From contig JAFOJR010000100.1 of the NCBI GenBank assembly GCA_017420125.1, forward strand, positions 1 through 29,288: 29,288 nucleotides of DNA. Direction: 5' to 3'. The position numbers and the translations under genes were made by a program. Of the stretch, positions 16,794 through 24,977 are shown in pieces (within the stretch, counting starts at the first letter, position 1; each line of letters begins with the position of its first letter). The notes below the pieces were generated by a model that was given only the letters and a program-made list of their open reading frames with translations, did not search any database and was not told the DNA's origin. This DNA is from Oscillospiraceae bacterium (GTDB taxonomy: Bacteria; Bacillota; Clostridia; Oscillospirales; Oscillospiraceae).

Positions 16794-16822
16794 TTGACAG
16801 TCATTGGAAAATAGACTACAAT
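16794..16822 (+). promoter_or_regulatory. Sigma-A promoter of the spt-like/SDR pair
   Basis: TTGACA(16794-99)-17 nt-TACAAT(16817-22). Confidence 0.85.
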
Positions 16823-16862
16823 AACGCCAGAAAGTACTTGAACACAGAAAGGAGTTTTCCTT

Positions 16863-18065
16863 TTGGATCTTTTTGCAAAATGCGAACAATTCACAGAGGT
16901 AAAAGACCTGAAAGCGCGAAATATTTACCCCTATTTTCACGCTCTGGAATCCAGGCAGGACATAGAAGTCATGATGGAAGGCAAACGCCGTATTATGCTT
17001 GGTTCCAATAATTACTTAGGACTTACTGTACACCCGGATATTATCCGTGCCGGGCTTCAGGCTCTGGAGCAGTACGGCACCGGCTGCTCCGGTTCCCGCT
17101 TTTTAAACGGCACCCTTCAATCCCACATTGAACTGGAACAGGAATTGGCTCACTTCTTGGAAAAAGAAGCTGCTATGACCTTTTCCACGGGGTTCCAGTC
17201 GAATTTAGGCATTATCAGTGCATTGGTGGGCCGAAATGATTATGTCATCTGCGATCGGGAAAACCACGCCAGCATTTACGATGGCTGCCGCCTCAGCTTT
17301 GGCAAAATGCTTCGCTACCGCCACAACGACATGGAAGATCTGGAACGGATTCTCCAACGGGTGCCGGACACTGCCGGCATCTTAATCGTTACTGACGGGG
17401 TATTCAGCATGGGCGGTGACATTGCCAACCTGCCTGCCATTGTCAAATTGGCAAAAAAATACGGCGCGCGCACCATGGTGGACGACGCCCACGGTTTAGG
17501 CGTCATCGGAAATGGCGGCCGCGGCACGGCAGATTATTTCGGTCTGACGGATGAAGTAGACATTTTTATGGGAACATTCTCTAAATCTCTGGCCAGTTTG
17601 GGTGGCTATATGGCCGCCAGCGAAACGGTGGTAGACTATGTCCGTCACAATTCCCGGCCCTTTATTTTCTCCGCCTCCATCCCTCCTTCCAACTGCGCTG
17701 TAGCTTTGGCCGCTCTGCGGTATTTGGAAGCGCACCCGGAGCGGGTTTCCCGTCTGGCCGAGTTGTCCAGATACGTGCGGGAAGGAATGACAAAACGAGG
17801 CATTCCCATCCGCCCGTCCCAATCTCCCATCCCCGGCCGACCGGCGGATACTCCCATTGTTCCTATTTATACCCACAATGCGTACAACACTCTGACCATT
17901 GCAAAGGAACTGTATGAAGAAGGAGTTTATGTAAACTCCGTTCTGCCGCCTGCGACACCTCCCACCGACTGTCTGTTGCGCACCAGTTACATGGCTACTC
18001 ATACAGAGCCTCTCTTGGATGAAGCGATGGATATCATCGCTTCGGTCCTGGCGCGCCACGCTTAG
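16863..18065 (+). CDS. spt: PLP-dependent alpha-oxoamine synthase, most similar in motifs to bacterial serine palmitoyltransferase
   Basis: Family certain: GSNNYLGL, NHASI.DG, DGVFSM.GD, DDAHG.G, GTFSKS, FSAS. SPT-type details: YPYF, GSRFLNGT, STGFQSN, PPATP, MATHT. TTG start 8 nt after SD AAAGGAG. The symbol is an inference. Confidence 0.75.
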   Translation: MDLFAKCEQFTEVKDLKARNIYPYFHALESRQDIEVMMEGKRRIMLGSNNYLGLTVHPDIIRAGLQALEQYGTGCSGSRFLNGTLQSHIELEQELAHFLEKEAAMTFSTGFQSNLGIISALVGRNDYVICDRENHASIYDGCRLSFGKMLRYRHNDMEDLERILQRVPDTAGILIVTDGVFSMGGDIANLPAIVKLAKKYGARTMVDDAHGLGVIGNGGRGTADYFGLTDEVDIFMGTFSKSLASLGGYMAASETVVDYVRHNSRPFIFSASIPPSNCAVALAALRYLEAHPERVSRLAELSRYVREGMTKRGIPIRPSQSPIPGRPADTPIVPIYTHNAYNTLTIAKELYEEGVYVNSVLPPATPPTDCLLRTSYMATHTEPLLDEAMDIIASVLARHA

Positions 18066-18110
18066 GCGATGCAGATGGAAACAAAAAACGAGAAAGAGAT
18101 GGTTGGTGCA

Positions 18111-18899
18111 ATGAAACGTGTTGCAGTTGTCACCGGTGGAAGCAGCGGTATTGGCCGCTGTACCGCCGATCTGTTGGCCCAGAATGGATATCTGGTTTAT
18201 GAGTTGAGCCGTCGGGGCAAAAGCCGTCCCGGTGTGGAGCATCTCACCGCAGACATCAGTAAAAAAGAAGAAGTGGAAGCCGCCTTTTCCCAGATCTTTA
18301 CCCGGGAGGGCCGGCTGGACGCGCTGATCAACAACGCCGGTTTCGGCATCTCCGGCGCGGTGGAATTCACAGATCCGGCAGACGCACGTCGTTTGTTTGA
18401 TGTCAATTTTTTTGGAGCGCTGCATTGTGCTCAATGCGCCATCCCCTATCTGCGGCAAACCGGCGGCGGACACATTGTAAACCTCAGTTCGGTGGCCGGC
18501 CCTCTTCCCATTCCATTCCAATCGTTCTATTCCTGTGCCAAAGCCGCCATCAATGATTTGACGCTGACCCTCGCCAATGAGCTGCGGCCTTTTCACATTG
18601 CGGTCGCCGCAGTAATGCCGGGGGATGCCAAAACCGGCTTTACGGCTGCAAGAAAGAAAAATACGGACGGGGAAGAATTTTACGGTGCCGCCATTCAGCG
18701 GGCAGTACAGGCCATGGAGCGCGATGAGCAGAACGGAATGCCTCCCATTGCCATTGCTCGTAAAATTCTGCGAATTCTTTCCAAATCCTCTCCTAAGCCT
18801 TTGGTAGTGGCCGGGAAAAAATATCAGCTCTTCATGTGTCTTGCCAAATTCCTGCCCATACGGACTGTGAATTTCATTATCGGAAAAATGTATGGCTAA
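18111..18899 (+). CDS. Classical short-chain dehydrogenase/reductase, candidate 3-ketodihydrosphingosine reductase
   Basis: TGGSSGIG, LSRR, NNAG, catalytic Ser in LSSVAG, YSCAK (YxxxK), PGD.KTGFT. Start ATG 18111 or 18069 (3 nt after the spt-like stop). SDR fold secure, substrate inferred. Confidence 0.85.
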   Translation: MKRVAVVTGGSSGIGRCTADLLAQNGYLVYELSRRGKSRPGVEHLTADISKKEEVEAAFSQIFTREGRLDALINNAGFGISGAVEFTDPADARRLFDVNFFGALHCAQCAIPYLRQTGGGHIVNLSSVAGPLPIPFQSFYSCAKAAINDLTLTLANELRPFHIAVAAVMPGDAKTGFTAARKKNTDGEEFYGAAIQRAVQAMERDEQNGMPPIAIARKILRILSKSSPKPLVVAGKKYQLFMCLAKFLPIRTVNFIIGKMYG

Positions 18900-18925
18900 T
18901 TCATCTGCGATCTTTTAAAACCATC

Positions 18926-18954
18926 TTGACAGGTACAACGGAACCGCGTAGAAT
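18926..18954 (+). promoter_or_regulatory. Sigma-A promoter of the DUF554 gene
   Basis: TTGACA(18926-31)-17 nt-TAGAAT(18949-54). Confidence 0.8.
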
Positions 18955-19019
18955 CGTTCTGTTGTTTGTCCGGCTTTTCTGCCCTTTTATGTCAAATTTT
19001 TGTCAAGGAGGAATCCCAT

Positions 19020-19739
19020 TTGATCGCCACTGTCATCAATGCCGGTCTTGTTTTAATCGGCAGCATCTTGGGTCTTCTGCTGCGGGGACGGTTAAATGAA
19101 CAGCTTTCTTTGAGCCTGACCCGGGCTTTGGCGCTCTGTGTCATGCTCATCGGGATCCAATCCGCTATAGGCAGCCAAAACCTTCTTTGTGTCATCATCT
19201 GTATGGTGGTAGGCACTTTGCTGGGCGAGTGGCTGCATATTGAAGACCGGTTGGACAACCTGGGCGAGGTTTTGCGCCGCAAATTGGTGCACAGCAACGG
19301 AAACAGTCGATTTACAGAAGGTTTCGTCTCTGCCACTATTTTATTCTGTGTTGGTTCCATGGCCATCATGGGCAGCATTGAAGCAGGATTGAACCACAAT
19401 TATACCATTTTGGTTTCAAAAGGCATCATCGATGGCGTTACTTCGATTTCGTTTGCTGCCTCCATGGGCATCGGCGTAGCCTTTTCTGCCATCCCACTGT
19501 TGCTGTATCAAGGTGCAATCACCCTCCTTGCCATAGCTGTGGGGCCGTTTCTGGCTACCCAAACCGCTTCTATTACAGAGCTTTCTGCTGTAGGCGGCGT
19601 TATTATTATGGGCATCGCTTTTAATATGTTTCAATTTTCAACACACAAAATCCGTGTCGGCAACATGCTGCCCGCCGTTTTTCTGCCATTTCTGTATATC
19701 CCATTTTCCAACTGGATTTCCACTTTGATTGCAATTTGA
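19020..19739 (+). CDS. DUF554 (YdfK-like) multi-pass membrane protein
   Basis: ATVIN...V..GS.LG, GEWL.IE.RL, GFV.A..LFCVGSM.I.GS...GL, K..IDG..S..FA..MG.GV.FSA.P, GG.....I. TTG 19020 after SD AAGGAGG. Confidence 0.9.
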   Translation: MIATVINAGLVLIGSILGLLLRGRLNEQLSLSLTRALALCVMLIGIQSAIGSQNLLCVIICMVVGTLLGEWLHIEDRLDNLGEVLRRKLVHSNGNSRFTEGFVSATILFCVGSMAIMGSIEAGLNHNYTILVSKGIIDGVTSISFAASMGIGVAFSAIPLLLYQGAITLLAIAVGPFLATQTASITELSAVGGVIIMGIAFNMFQFSTHKIRVGNMLPAVFLPFLYIPFSNWISTLIAI

Positions 19740-19752
19740 ACACGTTTATTGG

Positions 19753-19785
19753 CCGGAAGAGGTTGTATGCCTTTTCCGGTTTTTT
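19753..19785 (+). terminator. Terminator after DUF554
   Basis: CCGGAAGAGG/CCTTTTCCGG stem followed by TTTTTT. Confidence 0.85.
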
Positions 19786-19862
19786 ATTCATTTTTATTGA
19801 ATATATTCATTTTTATTGCGCAAATTACACAAGATATTGCAAAGGAATTCCGAAATTCTTTG

Positions 19863-19892
19863 CTTGCATAATCATTCATGCTGTGTTACAAT
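19863..19892 (+). promoter_or_regulatory. arg operon promoter with overlapping ARG box (ArgR/AhrC operator)
   Basis: TGCAT-AATC-ATTCA (19865-78) fits TGNAT-N4-ATNCA and covers the -35 TTGCAT(19864-69); 17 nt; TG-extended TACAAT(19887-92). Confidence 0.85.
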
Positions 19893-19980
19893 GACCCCAA
19901 TAAAAATTCTAGGAAATACGCAAGGCCCCTCGAAAGCTTTTGGCTGGTTGCCCTTGCGTCCCCCTACAGGAGGAAAAACA

Positions 19981-21201
19981 ATGAAAGAAATCAAAAAAGT
20001 AGTCCTCGCCTATTCCGGCGGACTGGATACATCTGTTATTATTCCTTGGCTGAAAGAAAATTATAACAATTGTGAAGTCATTGCCGTCTCCGGCGACGTG
20101 GGCCAAGGCACGGAACTGGACGGGCTGGAAGAGAAAGCTATTAAAACCGGCGCTTCCAAATTATATATCGAACATCTGACAGAGGAATTCGTGGATGAAT
20201 ATATTATTCCTACCATGAAAGCCGGGGCAGATTATGAAGGCTATCTGCTGGGCACCTCTTTTGCCCGTCCCATCATCGCAAAGAGAATTGCAGAAATCGC
20301 TCTCGCTGAAGGAGCAGACGCTATTGCCCATGGCTGCACCGGCAAAGGCAATGATCAGGTTCGGTTTGAACTGGCCATCAAAACCTTCGCCCCGGAAATG
20401 GAAATCATCGCTCCCTGGAGAACCTGGGAACTGAAAAGTCGGGAAGATGAAATTGCTTACGCCGAAGCACACAACGTGCCTTTGAAGATTAACCGGGAAA
20501 CCAATTATTCCAAAGATAAAAACATCTGGCATTTAAGCCATGAAGGACTGGATCTGGAAGATCCGGGCAATGAACCCAAATACGATGAAATTCTGGAAAT
20601 GGGCGTCACTCCGGAAAAAGCACCCGACGTCCCCACTTATGTAACCATCGGCTTTGAAAGCGGCACGCCTGTCTCTGTCAATGGCGAAACCATGAATTGC
20701 ACCAAGATTATTGAAACATTGAATGAGCTGGGCGGAAAAAACGGCATCGGCATCTTGGACTTGGTGGAAAATCGCCTGGTGGGTATGAAGAGCCGCGGCG
20801 TATATGAAACACCGGGTGGCGCTATTCTGTACCGCGCTCATGAAATTTTAGAATCTATCACATTGGATAAAGATACTGCCCACGAAAAGGCCCGTCTGGC
20901 CATCACCTTTGCCGAACTGGTTTACAACGGAAAATGGTACACTCCCCTGCGGGAAGCTCTCTCCGCCTTTGTAGACAAGACTCAAGAGCCCGTTACCGGA
21001 ACCGTAAAGCTGAAGCTGTATAAGGGCAATCTCATTCCCGCCGGTGTCTGGTCCCCCAATTCCCTCTACAGCGAAGATCTGGCCTCCTTTGGGGAAAGCG
21101 ATTACAATCAGATGGATTCCCAAGGCTTTATCAATCTATATGGCCTGCCGAATAAAGTCCAGGCTTTGCTGCAGAAAAAGCGGAATCAGTCTACACTTTA
21201 A
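19981..21201 (+). CDS. argG: Argininosuccinate synthase
   Basis: [63 protein letters not shown]; SD AGGAGG. Confidence 0.98.
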   Translation: MKEIKKVVLAYSGGLDTSVIIPWLKENYNNCEVIAVSGDVGQGTELDGLEEKAIKTGASKLYIEHLTEEFVDEYIIPTMKAGADYEGYLLGTSFARPIIAKRIAEIALAEGADAIAHGCTGKGNDQVRFELAIKTFAPEMEIIAPWRTWELKSREDEIAYAEAHNVPLKINRETNYSKDKNIWHLSHEGLDLEDPGNEPKYDEILEMGVTPEKAPDVPTYVTIGFESGTPVSVNGETMNCTKIIETLNELGGKNGIGILDLVENRLVGMKSRGVYETPGGAILYRAHEILESITLDKDTAHEKARLAITFAELVYNGKWYTPLREALSAFVDKTQEPVTGTVKLKLYKGNLIPAGVWSPNSLYSEDLASFGESDYNQMDSQGFINLYGLPNKVQALLQKKRNQSTL

Positions 21202-21214
21202 TTTTTGATATCTC

Positions 21215-21249
21215 TGCCACCCGCCGGAACCGTTTTCCGGCGGGTGGCA
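21215..21249 (+). repeat. Perfect 15-bp intergenic inverted repeat between argG and argH
   Basis: TGCCACCCGCCGGAA-CCGTT-TTCCGGCGGGTGGCA, no U-tract. Confidence 0.9.
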
Positions 21250-21281
21250 CTCATACAGGTGAACATGGAAGGAGCAGTACT

Positions 21282-22682
21282 ATGAAACTCTGGGCAGGAA
21301 GATTCCAAAAAGAAACAGATACTGCCGTCAACGATTTTAATTCTTCTATCCTCTTTGACGCCCGGCTGTATCAGGAAGATATCGCCGGCAGCATCGCCCA
21401 TGCCACGATGTTGGGTGAACAAGGCATCATTACCACAGAAGAATCCCAACAGATTATTGCTGGGTTAAAGGCTATTTTAGCAGATATTGAAGCAGATCAG
21501 GTGCAATTTTCTCTGGAAAACGAAGATATTCACATGAATATCGAAACCATGTTGACCCAGCGCATCGGCGCCACCGGAAAACGTCTGCACACCTCCCGCA
21601 GTCGAAATGATCAGGTTGCAGTCGATTTGCGTCTCCATCTGAAGAAGGAGATTGTCCGGATTCGGGACATGATCCTGGACTTGGAAGACGTGTTGCTCCA
21701 GAAGGCAGAGGAAAATCTGGAAACGGTCATGCCCGGCTACACCCATATGCAGCGCGCCCAGCCCACCACCTTTGCCCACTATATGATGGCATACGCCAAC
21801 ATGCTGCGACGGGATGTCACCCGGCTGGAAGACTGTTTGGAGCGGATGGATGAATCTCCCCTGGGCAGCGGGGCGCTGGCCTCCAGCACCTACCCAATTA
21901 ATCGTCATCGAACTGCGGAACTGCTGGGTTTTGCCCGCATCACGGAAAACAGCCTGGACGGGGTATCCGACCGGGATTTTGCCATTGAATTCACTTCCGC
22001 CCTCTCCATCCTCATGATGCATCTGTCCCGTTTTTCGGAAGAAATCATTCTCTGGTGTTCCTGGGAATTCCGTTTTGTAGAATTGGACGACGCTTATTCC
22101 ACCGGTTCTTCCATCATGCCGCAAAAGAAAAATCCCGATGTAGCCGAGCTGGTGCGGGGCAAAACCGGTCGGGTTTACGGCTCGCTGATCACGCTTTTAA
22201 CGGTGATGAAGGGCCTGCCCCTCGCTTACAACAAAGATATGCAGGAAGACAAAGAGCCGATTTTCGATGCCATTGACACCGTCTCGCAATGTTTGCCGGT
22301 ATTTGGCTCCATGGTAAAAACCCTCACAGTCCTGCCAAAAAATATGCGGAATGCCGCTTCTGCCGGTTTTATCAACGCTACGGATTGTGCAGATTATCTG
22401 GTTAAAAAAGGTCTGCCTTTCCGGGACGCATATATGATTGTGGGCCGTTTGGTTCACATGTGCATGCAATCTGGTGAAAATCTGGAGACTTTGACTCTTC
22501 GGGATTTCCGCGCTGTCTCTGATTTGTTTGACATGGATGTTTACCATGCTTTGGAGCTGAAAACCTGCGTCAACGGCAGAAAGGCGGACGGTGGCCCCTC
22601 TAAAACAGCAGTGGAAAAACAAATTGCCTCGATTCGTGCTTTTGTCCAAGCACGGCGGGCGAAAGAAGGCGACATAAAATGA
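21282..22682 (+). CDS. argH: Argininosuccinate lyase
   Basis: KLWAGRF, EDIHMNIE, LHTSRSRNDQV, MPGYTHMQRAQP, GSSIMPQKKNPD, AYNKDMQEDKE, ATDCADYLVKKG.PFR. Confidence 0.98.
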   Translation: MKLWAGRFQKETDTAVNDFNSSILFDARLYQEDIAGSIAHATMLGEQGIITTEESQQIIAGLKAILADIEADQVQFSLENEDIHMNIETMLTQRIGATGKRLHTSRSRNDQVAVDLRLHLKKEIVRIRDMILDLEDVLLQKAEENLETVMPGYTHMQRAQPTTFAHYMMAYANMLRRDVTRLEDCLERMDESPLGSGALASSTYPINRHRTAELLGFARITENSLDGVSDRDFAIEFTSALSILMMHLSRFSEEIILWCSWEFRFVELDDAYSTGSSIMPQKKNPDVAELVRGKTGRVYGSLITLLTVMKGLPLAYNKDMQEDKEPIFDAIDTVSQCLPVFGSMVKTLTVLPKNMRNAASAGFINATDCADYLVKKGLPFRDAYMIVGRLVHMCMQSGENLETLTLRDFRAVSDLFDMDVYHALELKTCVNGRKADGGPSKTAVEKQIASIRAFVQARRAKEGDIK

Positions 22683-23644
22683 ACGCACAAACCAAACCTA
22701 AGATTTTTATCGACGGTCAGGAAGGCACCACGGGGTTGCAAATCCATGATCGGCTGGGCAGCCGGAGCGACATCTCCCTGCTGACCATCGACCCTGCTCT
22801 GCGGAAAGATCTCAACGAACGGAAACGGCTATTGAATGCCGCAGATCTGGTGTTCCTCTGCCTGCCGGACGCGGCTGCACGGGAAGCCGTTTCCCTGATT
22901 GACAATCCCAACACCCGGGTCATCGATGCTTCCACTGCCCATCGAACTGCGCCTGGCTGGGTCTATGGTTTTCCTGAACTGAATCCCACGCAGCGGGATG
23001 ATATCCGTATCGCCAAACGGGTGGCCAATCCTGGCTGCCACGCCACCGGCTTTATCTCCACCGTATATCCTCTGGTGGCCGCTGGCCTTCTATCCGAAAA
23101 CAGTGCCCTCACCTGCTTTTCTTTAACAGGATACAGCGGCGGCGGCAAAAAAATGATCGCCTCGTATGAAGCGGACCGTCGTCCTGTTGCGTTGGACAGC
23201 CCTCGGATTTACGGTTTAACTCTGCAGCACAAGCATTTGCCGGAAATGCAGAAAATCACCGGGCTGAAAAATCCTCCTGTTTTTTGTCCTGTGGTTTCCG
23301 ATTATTACAAGGGAATGGCAACTACTATTATGCTCCCCTCTTCTTTGCTTCGGGGGGCACCTTCGGCAAAAGATATTTGGGATGTCTTAAACGCCCACTA
23401 TGCAAATCAGGCGCTGGTCCAAGTGGCCCCGTTCCAGGGGGAGGGATTTTTGCACGACAATATGATTGATGCCAACCACATGGCGGGCTCTAATGCGCTG
23501 GAAATTCTCGTCTGCGGCAAAGAAGATCAGACCATCGTCACTGCATTGTTTGACAATTTGGGCAAAGGTGCTTCCGGCGCCGCCGTACAAAATATGAATT
23601 TGATGCTGGGTCTGCCTGAAACAACAGGTCTTTTGGAAGATTGA
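22679..23644 (+). CDS. argC: N-acetyl-gamma-glutamyl-phosphate reductase, type 2 (uncommon form)
   Basis: KIFIDGQEGTTGLQI, VFLCLPD.AA, IDASTAHR, YGFPEL, VANPGCHATG, GYSGGGKKMI, HKHLPEM, DNLGKGASGAAVQNMNLMLG; ATGA overlap with argH. Confidence 0.96.
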   Translation: MNAQTKPKIFIDGQEGTTGLQIHDRLGSRSDISLLTIDPALRKDLNERKRLLNAADLVFLCLPDAAAREAVSLIDNPNTRVIDASTAHRTAPGWVYGFPELNPTQRDDIRIAKRVANPGCHATGFISTVYPLVAAGLLSENSALTCFSLTGYSGGGKKMIASYEADRRPVALDSPRIYGLTLQHKHLPEMQKITGLKNPPVFCPVVSDYYKGMATTIMLPSSLLRGAPSAKDIWDVLNAHYANQALVQVAPFQGEGFLHDNMIDANHMAGSNALEILVCGKEDQTIVTALFDNLGKGASGAAVQNMNLMLGLPETTGLLED

Positions 23645-23707
23645 GTTCCTCGTTCTTTGAAAATTCTTTCGATAGGCAGTCAAATTCCAAGGGAAAGGAT
23701 AAAGGAT

Positions 23708-24925
23708 ATGAAACAGATTTCTGGCGGCGTTGCTGCCGCAACCGGATTTACCGCCGCAGGCCTTCATTGCGGTGTAAAAAACAAAAACCATACCAAAAAA
23801 GATTTAGCCCTGATCGTTTCCCAGGGGGACTGCGCCGCCGCCGCTGTGTATACCCGCAACCGCGTTAAGGCCGCCCCTATTTACGTTACGATGGAGCATT
23901 TGGAAAATGGCGTGGCGCGGGCCATTGTCTGCAATAGTGGCAATGCCAACGCTTGTGCTCCCATGGGTCACGAAAACGCTCAAAAAATGTGCGATGTAGC
24001 AGGAGAAGCTCTGGGCCTCTCCCCAGACGATATTGTGGTCGCCTCCACCGGCGTCATTGGCCAAACACTGAATATCAAGGCGCTGGAAGAAGGCATTCCC
24101 AAAGCCGCTGCCATTCTTTCAAAAGATGGTTCCGATGATGCTGCACAGGCTATCATGACCACAGATACCGTCAAAAAAGAATTTGCCCTTCAAGTGCAAA
24201 TTGGCGGGAAATCAGTGACCTTGGGCGGTATCGCCAAAGGCTCTGGTATGATCCATCCCAACATGGGTACCATGCTTTGCTTTATTACCACAGACGCTGC
24301 TATCACCCCGGAAATGCTGCAAGCGGCACTGTCTGAAATTACCGCCCGTACTTTTAACCGTGTGGTGGTGGATGGAGACACTTCCACGAATGACATGTGT
24401 GTGGTTTTGGCCAACGGCATGGCGGAAAATCCGCTGATCGAATGGAAAGACGACAATTATAAAGTCTTTTCCGCTGCACTGTATCAGCTTTGCGAGCTCT
24501 TTGCCAAGTCCATTGCCGCAGATGGGGAAGGGGCTTCCCGCCTGATCACCTGCAACGTACGCAATGCCCGCAGCGAGGAAACAGCAGAACGTATGGCAAT
24601 GGCTGTCATCAGCTCTCCTTTGGTGAAAACCGCCATGTTCGGCGCGGATGCCAACTGGGGCCGTGTACTCTGTGCCATGGGCTACTCCAAGGCGCCCTTT
24701 CGCCCGGAGCATGTGGACATCCAGTTTCAATCCGTTGTCGGGTCCATCACGGTCTGCAAAAGTGGAGAAGGTCTGGCTTTTGATGAAGACAGCGCCAAAA
24801 GCATCCTGTCCCAGGACGAAGTCATTATTGACATCAATCTGCAGGAGGGGCAGGACAATGCCACTGCTTGGGGCTGTGACCTGACATATGACTATGTGAA
24901 AATCAACGGCGATTACCGCACTTAA
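23708..24925 (+). CDS. argJ: Ornithine acetyltransferase / bifunctional ArgJ
   Basis: NSGNANAC, STGVIG, IMTTDT, GIAKGSGMIHPNMG/TML (autocleavage Thr), DGDTSTND, DGEGA, KTAMFGADANWGR, WGCDLTYDYVKING.YRT. Confidence 0.97.
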   Translation: MKQISGGVAAATGFTAAGLHCGVKNKNHTKKDLALIVSQGDCAAAAVYTRNRVKAAPIYVTMEHLENGVARAIVCNSGNANACAPMGHENAQKMCDVAGEALGLSPDDIVVASTGVIGQTLNIKALEEGIPKAAAILSKDGSDDAAQAIMTTDTVKKEFALQVQIGGKSVTLGGIAKGSGMIHPNMGTMLCFITTDAAITPEMLQAALSEITARTFNRVVVDGDTSTNDMCVVLANGMAENPLIEWKDDNYKVFSAALYQLCELFAKSIAADGEGASRLITCNVRNARSEETAERMAMAVISSPLVKTAMFGADANWGRVLCAMGYSKAPFRPEHVDIQFQSVVGSITVCKSGEGLAFDEDSAKSILSQDEVIIDINLQEGQDNATAWGCDLTYDYVKINGDYRT

Positions 24926-24977
24926 CCGAAATCCCTCATAGAACCCTGCATTTGTATCAAAATCGGGAGGAATCATC

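Noticed and set aside
16863-18065. Default annotation as 8-amino-7-oxononanoate synthase (bioF) or glycine C-acetyltransferase (kbl)
   Set aside because: Not excluded, but disfavoured: GSRFLNGT, YPYF and PPATP motifs, no biotin genes nearby, and the partner is a classical SDR rather than a threonine dehydrogenase.
18990-19007. TGTCAAA-TTTT-TGTCAAG repeat as a CtsR box or antisense promoter
   Set aside because: Period is 11 nt rather than 10, it lacks the GGTCAAA core, and no -10 follows either TTGACA on the minus strand.
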